Assembly: GCA_965248535.1 (NCBI GenBank)
Contig: CBDFJR010000002.1
Span: 1,888,001-1,952,000, forward strand
DNA length: 64,000 nt
Origin: Phormidesmis sp.
GTDB taxonomy: Bacteria; Cyanobacteriota; Cyanobacteriia; Leptolyngbyales; Leptolyngbyaceae
Direction: 5' to 3'
Below the pieces are notes generated by a model. That model made no database searches. It was not told where the DNA came from and saw only the letters and a program-made list of their open reading frames with translations. Of this stretch, positions 1 to 10,774 are shown in pieces. Position 1 is the stretch's first letter, and the number at the start of each line of letters is the position of its first letter. The translations under genes and the position numbers were made by a program.

Positions 1-793
1 CGTCGATCGGCCACCAGTTAGACAGGGCGTTTTCTAGAGTTGGGGCAACGTCGGGATCAAGCAGGGCCGTCAGATAGCCCAACAGCGCATCAAACCAAAC
101 ATAGAGCGTCTGCTTGGGATCAACGGGCACGGGGAACCCCCAGTCTAGATTCCGCCGAGAGATCGAGAAATCTCGTAGGCCTTGCCCGACAAAATTAAGC
201 ACCTCGTTGCGGCGAGTCGTGGGCAAAATAAAATTGGGTTGGTCTTGATAGAGGCGTTCAAGCTTTTGTTGATAGTTGGATAGGCGGAAGAAATAATTTT
301 CTTCGTCTCGCCACTCGGCTTGTTTGTTAGGGTGGACAGCGCAATAGTGGTCGTCAAGAAGCTCTCGCTCTTCTTTAAACTCTTCACAAGCGACGCAATA
401 CCATCCTTTTTGCTGGCTCAGATAGATGTCGCCGTTCTCCCAAACCCGTTGAAAAAACTCTTCGACAATGGCAGCATGGCGAACGTCAGTGGTGCGAATG
501 AAGCGATCGTAGCGAATGTTGAGTTTATCCCACAGACTTTTAAAGCCTTCTACCACTAAGTCGCAGTGCTCTTGCGGCGATCGCCCCAAACTCTCTGCCG
601 TGCGCTGAATTTTTTGCCCGTGCTCATCGCTTCCCGTCACAAACCAGACCGATTTGCCCTGCAATCTCTGGAAGCGGGCCATCGCATCTGCGGCGATCGT
701 GGGATAGGCGCTGCCAATGTGGGGTAAATCGTTGACGTAGTAAAGCGGTGTCGTGATAGCAAAGGTATGCTTCTCTGGGGGTTCAAAACTCAT
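1..793 (-). CDS. metG: Methionyl-tRNA synthetase, N-terminal part (continues past window start; missing from ORF track)
   Basis: Manual translation from ATG at 793: MSFEPPEKHTFAITTPLYYVNDLPHIGSAY (HIGH-type motif), GSDEHGQKI, GWYCVACEEF, DFSISR, LYVWFDAL. Confidence 0.95.
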   Translation of the reverse strand, partial: MSFEPPEKHTFAITTPLYYVNDLPHIGSAYPTIAADAMARFQRLQGKSVWFVTGSDEHGQKIQRTAESLGRSPQEHCDLVVEGFKSLWDKLNIRYDRFIRTTDVRHAAIVEEFFQRVWENGDIYLSQQKGWYCVACEEFKEERELLDDHYCAVHPNKQAEWRDEENYFFRLSNYQQKLERLYQDQPNFILPTTRRNEVLNFVGQGLRDFSISRRNLDWGFPVPVDPKQTLYVWFDALLGYLTALLDPDVAPTLENALSNWWPID

Positions 794-1218
794 GGATACT
801 ATAAAAACAATCTCAAATCTACAGTCTGTGGGTCACAAGCGACACAAACTCCTGCCTTAACAGTGATTCGGGTTTACTCAAAAACTTAGCTGGCTGAATA
901 ATATAGGGAGACTTTGAATCTTGGCTTGCTAACTCTACTCCTGATTTTAACCACCAACGCTCTGCAAAATTAGCGAAACAATCTTAAATAATTGAGCAGA
1001 AACTTCAGGGGAACTTATCAATCGACTGTTAATTGGATCAATAGATTCAGTTGAGTTCTCAGATTGGTCGATCGGTTCGGTGTTGCTGCCTTGGCTAACC
1101 TTGCTACCCAAACCTGCCGCAGTCAAGCTAGTATTTGTCCCCTGAGAAGTTTGTTAATCTTGGTAAAGTAGAGTCAGTCATCCAATGAATAATCTCTAAA
1201 AACTCTGGTTCGGTGTGC

Positions 1219-1941
1219 ATGGCTTCTGATAGTCCGCTTCAAATTTCGCGGTTGCTGCTCTCGGCGATGGGCGTTCAAATGTATCTGCATCATCGCGATC
1301 GCGTGCCGCAAACAGGCTCCACTTTGGTCGTCAGCAATCACCGCAGTTTTCTTGATGCCCCCGTGTTGATGTCAGCGATCGACCGTCCGATTCGATTCGC
1401 TTGCCATCACTACATGGGTCAGGTGCCCGTCTTGCGCGAAGTGGTCACAAAACTAGGTTGCTTTCCGCTAGAAAGCTCAGAGCAACGACAGCAGAGCTTT
1501 TTCCACCAGGCCATTCAGCTATTAAAAACTCGGCAAGCGGTGGGCGTGTTTCCTGAAGGAACCGAGCCAATGGTCAACAGCCCCGCCCGGTGCGAGATGG
1601 GAGACTTTCAGCGCGGGTTTGCCCATCTGGCCCTCAAAGCCCCCGTGCAAGATTTAGCCGTTTTGCCGATCGCGATCGCCGTCCAAGACGAGACCAAAAG
1701 TTCGGCCGTTCCTTTAAAGCTACTCAGCTTGTTTGACCCCTCTGAGCCACTCTTTAATCAAGAAGGCTGGCATCCCTTAGTGATTTATCAGCGAGTCGAT
1801 GTTTTAGTGGGCCGTCCGTTTTGGATCACACCTGCCCATCGGCAAAAATATCAAGGCAAAGGAGCGCGGGCGATCGTTCAGCATCTCACTGGCCACTGCC
1901 ACGACGAGATCAACCGCCTACTAATTCAGGGATGCTACTGA
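1219..1941 (+). CDS. PlsC-like (lysophospholipid) acyltransferase
   Basis: NHRSFLD (HxxxxD) and VFPEGT acyltransferase motifs; ATG at 1219 preferred over GTG at 1213. Confidence 0.85.
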   Translation: MASDSPLQISRLLLSAMGVQMYLHHRDRVPQTGSTLVVSNHRSFLDAPVLMSAIDRPIRFACHHYMGQVPVLREVVTKLGCFPLESSEQRQQSFFHQAIQLLKTRQAVGVFPEGTEPMVNSPARCEMGDFQRGFAHLALKAPVQDLAVLPIAIAVQDETKSSAVPLKLLSLFDPSEPLFNQEGWHPLVIYQRVDVLVGRPFWITPAHRQKYQGKGARAIVQHLTGHCHDEINRLLIQGCY

Positions 1942-1985
1942 GAGAGCGTTAAATGTCTAAGAATGTCTAATTTAGTTTTTGTGCC

Positions 1986-2855
1986 ATGATTCACAGTCAC
2001 CTCTGCTTTCTCACGCCCAAGACGCTTAGACCCAGTTGTCCACTATTTGTGTTTTTGCCAGGTATGGATGGCACAGGGCAACTCTTGCGAACCCAGACCG
2101 AAGGGCTAGAAGCTAGGTTTGATGTGCGCTGTCTGGCAATCTCACCCGATGATTTGACCAGTTGGGATGAATTGGCCCAGCAGGTTGTTGAGCTAGTCAA
2201 AGGTGAATTGTCTAAAGGTCAGCAGCCCGACCAGCCTCCACGATCGGTCTATCTATGCGGGGAGTCCTTTGGGGGCTGTCTGGCCATGAAGGTCGCTGTT
2301 TTAGCACCAGAGCTATTTCAGCGCATCATTTTAGTCAACCCGGCTTCGTCATTTAACCGCCGACCGTGGATCTCGTGGGGATCGCAACTCAGCCGCTATT
2401 TGCCAGAAGTGGCTTACCGATTTTCGTCCGTGACGTTTTTGCCCCTGTTGGCATCGCTCGATCGCATTGCTCCAGACGATCAGCAAGCCCTGATTCAAGC
2501 TGTCCGATCGGTGCCCCAAAAAACATCGATTTGGCGAATGTCTTTGCTGCACCATTTTCGAGTGCCTCGGCAACAGCTAGGGCAACTCACACAGCCTACT
2601 TTGATTATTGCCAGCGCCGAAGACAAACTGCTGCCGTCGCTGCCAGAAGCCTATCGGTTAAAACGAGCTTTTCACAAGGCCTACGTGGTCGTGCTGCCAG
2701 AAAGTGGCCATAGCTGTCTCTTAGAGTCTGGAGTCAATCTCTATGAGATGATGAAAACCCACGGTTTCTTAGATGAGACGCTCGACTTTAATCAGACAGA
2801 TGCAGTGGGGATCATCGGCTCAAGCGATCGGGGGCTAGCCACCAAAAAGGGGTGA
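1986..2855 (+). CDS. Alpha/beta hydrolase resembling the esterase domain of plant phytyl ester synthases
   Basis: FLPGMDGTG, GESFGG nucleophile elbow, C-terminal GHSCLLE. Confidence 0.85.
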   Translation: MIHSHLCFLTPKTLRPSCPLFVFLPGMDGTGQLLRTQTEGLEARFDVRCLAISPDDLTSWDELAQQVVELVKGELSKGQQPDQPPRSVYLCGESFGGCLAMKVAVLAPELFQRIILVNPASSFNRRPWISWGSQLSRYLPEVAYRFSSVTFLPLLASLDRIAPDDQQALIQAVRSVPQKTSIWRMSLLHHFRVPRQQLGQLTQPTLIIASAEDKLLPSLPEAYRLKRAFHKAYVVVLPESGHSCLLESGVNLYEMMKTHGFLDETLDFNQTDAVGIIGSSDRGLATKKG

Positions 2856-2876
2856 CTTCTCGTTGAGCCGATGCCC

Positions 2877-3950
2877 TCATAGCAAATCTTTAAACTCCGA
2901 TCGCGTGTGCAAAGTTTTGAGAATGGCCTTGATCTCTTGAGTGCGATCTTTTTTGGCAACGAGGGTGACTTTGCCATCTCGGACGACGATCGTATCTTCT
3001 AGCCCGATTGTCACAATCAGTTCATCGTCGCTTGTGGAATAGAGCAGAGTTCCCTTGGTATCTAAGCCAACATGGGTGGCCAGTTCAACGTTGGGGTTGT
3101 CTGCATTTTTGAGCAGTCGCTCGATCGCGGCCCAGTCGCCCAAGTCATCCCAGCCAAAGGTCACGGGCAGCACATAAGCGCAGTCAGTTTTTTCCATCAA
3201 CGCATAGTCAATACTGTTCTTAGGCAGGAGTGGATAGGCCGCAACGCCCTGTTCTTCGAGCAGAGTCATCATGTCTGGGGCGTGGTGGCGCAGTTCTTTG
3301 AGGGCAACCGCCGCCTGAAACACAAACATCCCCCCATTCCAGCTAAAGCGACCGCTGTCTAGAAAGGCTTGAGCCGTCTCGCGATCGGGCTTTTCGGTAA
3401 AGCGATCGACGCGATAGGCCGGATATCCAGGATTGGCCCCATACAATCCAATCTTTTCGCCCTGCTCGATATAGCCATAGCCAGTAGCCGCCTGATTGCA
3501 GGTAATGCCCAGGGTGACGATCGCCGCTTTTTGAACAGCTAAATCGACGGCTGCTGCCAGCGTCGCTTCAAACGTTGCCTGGTTATCGATCCAGTGATCT
3601 GCGGGGAAGAAGCCCACGATCGCATCTTCACCGTAGCGTTTAGCAATCTCTAACGTGCTCCAGGCAACGGCGGGCGCGGTGTCTCGTCCTTCTGGCTCAA
3701 CTAACAGGTTGGCGAGAGGCAGGTCAGGAAGCTGTTCTTGAACGCCTTGGGCCAGGTGAGAAGCCGTGACAACCCAAAGATTATCCCAGCCGTTGGCAGT
3801 TTGGAGCAGCCGATCGGCGGTGGACTGCAAGAGGCTACGATCGCTGCCGTCAAGACATAGAAACTGCTTAGGGCGCTGTTTACGGCTCAACGGCCAAAAG
3901 CGTTCGCCCTTGCCTCCAGCGAGGATAACGGGCACAAGAGGTTGGGTCAT
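2877..3950 (-). CDS. manC: Mannose-1-phosphate guanylyltransferase
   Basis: ILAGGKGERFWPLSR, EPEGRDTAPA, FTEKP, WNGGMF, GWDDLGDW. Confidence 0.93.
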   Translation of the reverse strand: MTQPLVPVILAGGKGERFWPLSRKQRPKQFLCLDGSDRSLLQSTADRLLQTANGWDNLWVVTASHLAQGVQEQLPDLPLANLLVEPEGRDTAPAVAWSTLEIAKRYGEDAIVGFFPADHWIDNQATFEATLAAAVDLAVQKAAIVTLGITCNQAATGYGYIEQGEKIGLYGANPGYPAYRVDRFTEKPDRETAQAFLDSGRFSWNGGMFVFQAAVALKELRHHAPDMMTLLEEQGVAAYPLLPKNSIDYALMEKTDCAYVLPVTFGWDDLGDWAAIERLLKNADNPNVELATHVGLDTKGTLLYSTSDDELIVTIGLEDTIVVRDGKVTLVAKKDRTQEIKAILKTLHTRSEFKDLL

Positions 3951-4447
3951 AGTAAATATCGGTTGCGGGGCAGGTCAAATTAGAGAGCAAGCACAAAGCC
4001 AAAGCTGAGTAGGCGCTGAAAAAACCAGAGCAGCAGAAACGCGCTCCGTGACAATATTAGTGAACATCATCACCTGAAGTCTTCTGAATGACAGTATCTT
4101 CGCGGAGTCTTTTCAATTCATCCTCCTTTCTCAAACAGGACGGTAAGTTCTGCAAAAAGTTCAGGATGTGACTAGTGAACGACTCTAGGTTGGTTTGCTA
4201 GCCATTCGGCCAGATTCAAGGGTAGAATTCCCGGAAGGTTGCTCACCGTAACAATTTCTCTCTATCGTCAAGAAATTGATTCTAAAAAGTGTGTAAAGCG
4301 CCTGACAGTCAAGCATTCAGCCAATTCCATCTGAATAGTGAGAGAAAGCCAGAGAGTTTAGGTTAGGATGTCGAAGAATCATTTGAGAGATTAGGGTAGA
4401 TGACCTCTGGTGTCAGGTCAGTTTTAAGTGGTAGGGAGTGGAACTAG

Positions 4448-5839
4448 TTGAAGAGTCAATCAACGTCAAGACAGCCAAAGCTGCTCGAAAACCGTGAGGG
4501 GCAATCTACGCCCGATGGTTCTGCATCGTCGGTGCCGCATCCCTCAAAAAACCCTGCTAGAGGGCTGACAATCTCTCGCTCGTTGTTCTGGGGCTTTACG
4601 TTTTTGATTGCTGCTACGGCTTCGGCCACGATCGGCACCACGCTGGCGCTGATTACGCCTCTACCGGGTGCGGTTGCCCCCGCAGAAGGGCAAAAGATTT
4701 TTAACGCTCTGTGGCGCAGCGGCTTTCAATATCATGTGGGCCGCCCAGTCAATATTTTAGTGATGGGGATCGATCGCGTTCCTGGGGTGCCAGACGGCTC
4801 AGACGAGGTTTTTTCAGGTCGCAGTGACACCATGCTGCTGCTGCGAATTGACCCAACTGACAACACGGTCAATTTGCTTTCGATCCCCAGAGACACCCAG
4901 GTTGAGATTCCGGGCATCGGGGTGACGAAGATCAACCAAGCAAACGCGAGTGGTGGCCCGGCTCTGGCTCGTCAAGTCGTCACCAACACCCTGAACGGGG
5001 TTGAAGTCGATCGCTATGTGCGGGTCAGCACGAGCGCCTTCCGGGAGTTGGTCGATCTGCTGGGCGGGGTGGATATCTATGTGCCCGAACCGATGTCTTA
5101 TGTAGACAACACCCAAAAGCTCAAGATTGACCTAGCTCAGGGTTGGCAAACTTTGAATGGCAGCCAAGCCGAGCAGTTTGCGCGATTTCGTCACGATAAC
5201 TTTGGTGATATTGGCCGCGTTCAGCGTCAACAGTCCCTGATTAAGGCGCTGCGATCGAAGCTAGCCAGTCCTTTAATGCTGCCGCGAGTGCCCAGTCTGA
5301 TCAACCTGATGCAGAAATATATTGACACGAACCTCAGCGTTGAAGAACTGCTGGCGCTGGTCAATTTTGGGGTGAAGTTAGACAAAAACGATTTCAAGAT
5401 GGTGATGTTGCCAGGACGGTTTAGCACCCCAGACGAATTTTCGGCCAGTTATTGGATTATGGACTCCCAGGGGCGCGATCGCGTCCTGCAAGACTATTTC
5501 AAAGCTGGGGCAATCGATGCATCAAACCCTAGCGTTGGCACACCCGTTAAGATTGCTGTGCAAAACGCCTCTAGCAAACCCGAAGCGGGGAAGCAGTTTG
5601 TGAGTTATTTGACCAGCCTGGGCTATGAGAATGTTTATCTGACGCAAGACTGGGCAGATCACCAAGAAAAAACCCAAATCATTGTGCAAAAAGGAGATTT
5701 GCGATCGGCAAAAGCGCTACAAGCCACGATCGGGTTTGGGGATCTTGAAGCGTCGTCAGTGGGCGACTTAGACTCCGATTTAACCCTCCGCGTCGGAGAT
5801 GACTGGTTAGCCCAGCAGCCCCCTAAATCCAAGAACTGA
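4448..5839 (+). CDS. LCP (LytR-CpsA-Psr) family protein with C-terminal LytR_C-like domain
   Basis: N-terminal TM segment, GRSDTMLL, SIPRDT, RFRHD..GDIGRVQRQQ. Confidence 0.92.
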   Translation: MKSQSTSRQPKLLENREGQSTPDGSASSVPHPSKNPARGLTISRSLFWGFTFLIAATASATIGTTLALITPLPGAVAPAEGQKIFNALWRSGFQYHVGRPVNILVMGIDRVPGVPDGSDEVFSGRSDTMLLLRIDPTDNTVNLLSIPRDTQVEIPGIGVTKINQANASGGPALARQVVTNTLNGVEVDRYVRVSTSAFRELVDLLGGVDIYVPEPMSYVDNTQKLKIDLAQGWQTLNGSQAEQFARFRHDNFGDIGRVQRQQSLIKALRSKLASPLMLPRVPSLINLMQKYIDTNLSVEELLALVNFGVKLDKNDFKMVMLPGRFSTPDEFSASYWIMDSQGRDRVLQDYFKAGAIDASNPSVGTPVKIAVQNASSKPEAGKQFVSYLTSLGYENVYLTQDWADHQEKTQIIVQKGDLRSAKALQATIGFGDLEASSVGDLDSDLTLRVGDDWLAQQPPKSKN

Positions 5840-5875
5840 GGGATAATAGGAGTCTCAGTAACCTCTGTTTTTCTC

Positions 5876-6438
5876 ATGCACCTGCTCCCTCAAAGCCCGA
5901 CTTTTCAGCTAGCTTCTAAAGGATTTGCCCCTGCCTCCCTCTGGTTGCGGGCTGCGATCGTTTTAACCTTAGCTTGCCTTTGGGTGCTGCTCACCGCCAT
6001 GCCTGCCAACGCTCAAAGCAAAACGATCAACTACACCAGCACTCAGCTAGAAAATCGCGATTTTTCAAATGCTGATTTAGAAGGGGGCGTTTTTGTCGCG
6101 GCTGAGATGCGAGAAGCCAACTTTCAAGGCGCTAACTTAAAAAGCGCCATTTTGACCAACGGAAATCTTCTGTCAGCCAATCTGTCTGGGGCAAACTTAA
6201 CCTGGGCACTCGCCGATCGCGTCACCTTTATAAAGCAAACTTGACCAACACTCTGTTTATCGAGGCGACGCTCTCGCGCAGCATTTTAGATGAAGCCGAC
6301 GTGACGGGGGCAGATTTCACCGATGCGCTGCTCGATCGCTACACGGTCACAAAGCTCTGCAAAACGGCTTCGGGGGTCAACCCGGTGACTGGGGTGGCAA
6401 CGCGAGAGAGTCTAGGGTGTCCCGCAAGCTCAGACTGA
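5876..6438 (+). pseudogene. Secreted pentapeptide-repeat protein with a 1-nt frameshift near 6229 (possibly a sequencing error)
   Basis: The two ORFs join into ...VTFYKANLTN... if one T is added to the TTT run; signal peptide, A(D/N)Lxx repeats, C-terminal LC...SLGC as in the paralogs at 22.5-23.7 kb. Confidence 0.85.
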
Positions 6439-7887
6439 GTTGGCCCAGGTTTTTGCCCAGTTGAGCGTTTGATGCACCTGATCCGAGGTTGCTGCTTCGC
6501 AATAGAGCCGCAGAACAGGTTCGGTGCCGCTAAAGCGAATGAGTAGCCAACTCTGATCGGCGAGGCGAAACTTGTAGCCGTCATCCGTTTGACAATGAAT
6601 TACCGATCGTCCGGCAATCTCTTTTAGGGGATGGGTTTGCAGTTGAGTCAATAGCTTGGTTCGCACTTCCATGCTGGCCAGGGGTAGATCGATGCGATCG
6701 TAGGCGGCGGTGAATCCTGTTTTGAGGCGAAGCTGATGATCTTGTTCGCCCAGGTCTTGCCCGGTTTGGACGACGGTTTCTAAAAGATAGAGGGCAGCCA
6801 GCAACGCATCTCGTTCGGGGATGTGGTGCCCATAGCCAATGCCTCCCGACTCTTCACCCCCTAAAAGAACCTGAGTTTCTAACATCCGATCGGCGATGTA
6901 CTTATACCCAATTGGAGTCTCAAACACAGGCAGATTGTGCAATTTGGCAACCTGGGGCATCAAATCAGAGCCGCTCACAGTTTTCACGACCTCGCCTCGA
7001 TAGCCTTTCCGCACATATAAATGCTCGATCAGAATCGGGATCAGCGTTTGAGAACTGAGAAAATTGCCTTTCCCATCGACAGCGGCGATGCGATCGGCAT
7101 CTCCATCAAACACTAAGCCGATCACGGGGCGATCGCTGCGATAGTCTCGAATGGTTTGCAATAGCTTAGACAAATAGCGCGGCAGCGGTTCAGGTGCGCC
7201 GCCTTCAAATAGGGGATCACGATCGCTGTTCAACTCGTGAATCGGCACCCCAAGCAGTCGTTCTAGCCCCGTTGCGGCTGCCCCGTGCATAACATCAGCA
7301 AACACAGTCAGCTTGCCGTGGGCGATCGCCGCTTGGATGGCGGCAATATCGACCTGTGATCGCAGCCCGTCACAATAACTTGTCCAGGGGTTAAACCGTT
7401 GCAGCGATCCCGGTTGCTCAGTCGGCTGCTTTCGGACTTCTGCATTGATCAAAGCTTCGATTTGCTGTGTCACGTCAGGCGGAACTGATCCCCCAAACGC
7501 TCCTTTGACTTTTAGCCCAGAATATCCCCCCGGATTGTGGCTGGCTGTGATCACGAGGGCACCCAGGGCATTTTGCTGCTTGGCTACCCAGCTAAAGGCA
7601 GGGGTCGGCGCAAAGCACTCAGAAAGCATGACATCAAACCCGATCGCTCTCACTGAGTCGGCCGTGGCTTGAGCGAACTCTTCTGACAAAAAACGGCGAT
7701 CGTAGCCCACGATGATCGTGTTGCTCTTGGTGGTGCTGCCATAGACGTTTGCCAACACCTGAGCCGCTAGGGGCGCAACAAATTTGAGTCGATCAAACGT
7801 AAAGTCGGCGGCGATCAGCCCTCGCCAGCCATCGGTGCCAAATTTAATGGGGTTGATCGTCGTCACGATCGGAGCAGGATGAATCAT
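6430..7887 (-). CDS. Phosphoglucomutase/phosphomannomutase family protein
   Basis: [33 protein letters not shown]. Confidence 0.93.
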   Translation of the reverse strand: MIHPAPIVTTINPIKFGTDGWRGLIAADFTFDRLKFVAPLAAQVLANVYGSTTKSNTIIVGYDRRFLSEEFAQATADSVRAIGFDVMLSECFAPTPAFSWVAKQQNALGALVITASHNPGGYSGLKVKGAFGGSVPPDVTQQIEALINAEVRKQPTEQPGSLQRFNPWTSYCDGLRSQVDIAAIQAAIAHGKLTVFADVMHGAAATGLERLLGVPIHELNSDRDPLFEGGAPEPLPRYLSKLLQTIRDYRSDRPVIGLVFDGDADRIAAVDGKGNFLSSQTLIPILIEHLYVRKGYRGEVVKTVSGSDLMPQVAKLHNLPVFETPIGYKYIADRMLETQVLLGGEESGGIGYGHHIPERDALLAALYLLETVVQTGQDLGEQDHQLRLKTGFTAAYDRIDLPLASMEVRTKLLTQLQTHPLKEIAGRSVIHCQTDDGYKFRLADQSWLLIRFSGTEPVLRLYCEAATSDQVHQTLNWAKTWANSV

Positions 7888-8033
7888 GGTGCCACAACCT
7901 TAGTAAAGTCCGCCTCGTTCTAGAGTTTATCCAGGATGCGTTTTCTGATCTCAGCATTGGGCAGAGGCTACACCATAACTTAATAAACCTGGACGCAAGA
8001 CTCCCGTGAAATCACGGTTTCCAGCCCTGAGCT

Positions 8034-9818
8034 TTACACAGGCGAGAGCGCGGCCTCGGTCTGAGTCGAGTTAGCGGCCCCCGAATAGACTAATCCCCGC
8101 TGCATGTCTAGGGTGATAATCTCACCATCTCGAATCACGGCTGTAGCGTTTTTAACCCCAACAATCACAGGCACCCCTAGACGCAACCCAATGACGGCGG
8201 CGTGACTCGTGAGACTGCTGTCTTCGGTGATGATGCCTGCCGCTTTGCGAATCGCTTCGACATTATCAGCACTGGTCGTAGACACGACTAAAATTTCGCC
8301 CGCGTTGAAGTGAGAAATCTCTGACCCGATCGCCGCCACTCTGGCCCGGCCGCTGACTGACCCTTGACCGATGGCGACTCCCTTCCCGCGAATGGCAGTG
8401 ACCACTTCGACTTTGATCAGATCGGTCGAGCCAGCCACGCCTTGCAGTGTTCCGGCAGTCATTACAACCAAATCCCCTTCACACACGAGTTCTTTCTCTT
8501 GAGCCACGTTGAGCGCCGCTTGAAAAGTCTGCCAGGTAGAGGGCAAATCGAGCACCAGCAGGGGTTTAACTCCCCACACAAGCTGAAGCTGTCGGGCCAC
8601 ATCGACATGGGGCGTGATCGCCAAAATCGGCGTTTTAGGACGAAACTTTGAGACGTTTCTAGCGGTGGCTCCGGTTTTGGTAAGGGTCATGATCGCCCCT
8701 GCCCCTAGCTGATCGGAGATCCGCCCTACGGCTTGACTGATGGCATTAGGGATCGATCGTCCTGCATCTTCTGAAATTCGATTGCCTTTTTCCTTCTCGA
8801 TTCGCACAGCGATTTGCGCCATGGTCGAAACGGCTTCGATCGGGTAGTTGCCCACGGCAGTTTCATTCGAGAGCATCACTGCATCGGTGCCGTCCAGAAT
8901 GGCGTTGGCCACGTCAGAGATCTCAGCGCGAGTCGGGCGGGGGCTGTTGACCATGCTGTCTAGCATCTGGGTCGCGGTGATTACCGGAATGCCGAGCCGA
9001 TTGGAGGTGGCGATCAAGCGTTTTTGCAAAATGGGCACATCTTCAGCCGGAAGCTCAACGCCCAGATCGCCCCGCGCCACCATTACGCCATCTGAGATCG
9101 ACAGAATCGCTTCCATCTGCTCGATCGCTTCGTGCTTTTCAATCTTGACGATCACTGGCACCGCTTTTCCGGCGCTAGAAATCAATTCTTTAATTTCTAA
9201 AACGTCTTGTGGATTGCGGACAAAACTCAACGCCACCCAATCTACGCCCTGATCTAACCCAAACACTAAGTCTTTGCGGTCTTTGTCGGTCAGCGCCTTA
9301 ATCGACAGATACACCCCCGGAAAGTTGACCCCTTTGTTGTTAGACAGTGGGCCGCCAACCACGACACGACAATGGAGCGACTGATCGGCTCGATCGATAG
9401 ATTCCACCTTCATTTCGACTCTGCCATCGTCTAGCATAATCGTGGCACCCGACGGAACCTCTTCGGCCAGCAGATCATAGGTGACAGAGCTAATCGCCTG
9501 AGTTCCAGGAATCAATCGGCTGGTAAGCGTGAAGGGATCGCCTTTTTTGAGCACGATCGGGCCATTCTCAAATCGCCCCAATCGAATTTTAGGCCCCTGC
9601 AAATCTTGCAAAATTCCGACGGGCTGGTTTAAATCGTAGGAGATTTGTCTAATCAGCCGAATGCTTCGCAAGTGGTCATCGTGGCTGCCGTGGGAAAAAT
9701 TGAGGCGTAGTGTGGTTGCCCCCGCTTCAATCAGTTCCCGTAAAACTTCTGGAGTACTGGTTGCAGGACCGATCGTCGCTACAATTTTGGTTCTACGCTG
9801 GGAAGGTTGCAATTGCAT
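8034..9818 (-). CDS. pyk: Pyruvate kinase with C-terminal PEP-utiliser domain
   Basis: TKIVATIGPA, RLNFSHG, DLQGPKIR, MVARGDLGVE, MLSNETA, TSHAAV. Confidence 0.97.
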   Translation of the reverse strand: MQLQPSQRRTKIVATIGPATSTPEVLRELIEAGATTLRLNFSHGSHDDHLRSIRLIRQISYDLNQPVGILQDLQGPKIRLGRFENGPIVLKKGDPFTLTSRLIPGTQAISSVTYDLLAEEVPSGATIMLDDGRVEMKVESIDRADQSLHCRVVVGGPLSNNKGVNFPGVYLSIKALTDKDRKDLVFGLDQGVDWVALSFVRNPQDVLEIKELISSAGKAVPVIVKIEKHEAIEQMEAILSISDGVMVARGDLGVELPAEDVPILQKRLIATSNRLGIPVITATQMLDSMVNSPRPTRAEISDVANAILDGTDAVMLSNETAVGNYPIEAVSTMAQIAVRIEKEKGNRISEDAGRSIPNAISQAVGRISDQLGAGAIMTLTKTGATARNVSKFRPKTPILAITPHVDVARQLQLVWGVKPLLVLDLPSTWQTFQAALNVAQEKELVCEGDLVVMTAGTLQGVAGSTDLIKVEVVTAIRGKGVAIGQGSVSGRARVAAIGSEISHFNAGEILVVSTTSADNVEAIRKAAGIITEDSSLTSHAAVIGLRLGVPVIVGVKNATAVIRDGEIITLDMQRGLVYSGAANSTQTEAALSPV

Positions 9819-10363
9819 GGACAGAATCCGAGAGGGCTACAAAAATGAAGGGATAAAGTTTTAGTAAAGGAATTACTTAGTCTTCAGAATGAATACGGAA
9901 ATTTTCCTAGCCTGAAACTATCAGTAAAAATAGCTGCCCGATCGCATCTCAGCCTGGATCAGAAAAAGTTTATGACAGTAGTTTAAGCGAAGACTTGCCC
10001 CTGCGTGCACTTCTGAGAGCAAAGCTCCTAGGTTCTGATGTCGCTATAACTTCTAGCCTCTAACACAGAAGCATCCGGGATACTACCATGTTTGGCAACG
10101 TTTCTGAGAAAGCAACATCAGAACTTCGCACGACAGAGCAACGCTTAGGCAAAGTTTACACACGAGCCTAGCGCGGAGGGGTGCTTGCCAGTCGAGTACA
10201 CGCTGCTCAATCGCGGTCAATCGCGGTCAATCCATTGCCTCTGCCAATCACCAATCGTTCAAAGCTGTCGCCCTAAATTCAGCCAGACTAAGTTCCCCAT
10301 CTCAAGCAACCAATGGGAGAATAGGCTAAACCCGATCGCCATCTAACCTTTGTTCTCTGAGCC

Positions 10364-10768
10364 TTGACTATGCCTCTTTCTGGTATTCGTATTCTGGTTG
10401 TAGACGATGACACCGACTCGCGAGACTTCATCACCTTTGTTTTAGAGCAAGAAGGGGCTGAGATCACCACCGCCTCGACCGCCGTCGAAGCGCTTAACGC
10501 GTTGCCTCAATGCCAGCCCGATCTTTTGGTCAGCGACATCGGGATGCCCGAAATAGATGGCTATATGCTGGTGAAACAGGTGCGATCGTGGTCATTGGAA
10601 CAAGGTGTAGAGATTCCTGCGATCGCGCTCACGGCCTACGCAGGTGAATATGATCAAAAACGGGCACTGTCAGCGGGGTTTCAGGCCCATGTGTCAAAGC
10701 CAGCCGAACCCGATCAACTGATTGCGATCGTGACTCAACTGGCAAAACCCCACAGCGTTTCGGGCTAA
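10364..10768 (+). CDS. Single-domain response regulator (receiver)
   Basis: ILVVDDD, SDIGMPEIDG, ALTAY, KP. Confidence 0.9.
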   Translation: MTMPLSGIRILVVDDDTDSRDFITFVLEQEGAEITTASTAVEALNALPQCQPDLLVSDIGMPEIDGYMLVKQVRSWSLEQGVEIPAIALTAYAGEYDQKRALSAGFQAHVSKPAEPDQLIAIVTQLAKPHSVSG

Positions 10769-10774
10769 GAGAAT

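Noticed and set aside
145..559. 80-aa and 79-aa ORFs in the track
   Set aside because: They are shadow frames of metG, which runs off the window start.
10208..10232. CAATCGCGGT tandem repeat (2.5 copies)
   Set aside because: Short local duplication with no further structure.
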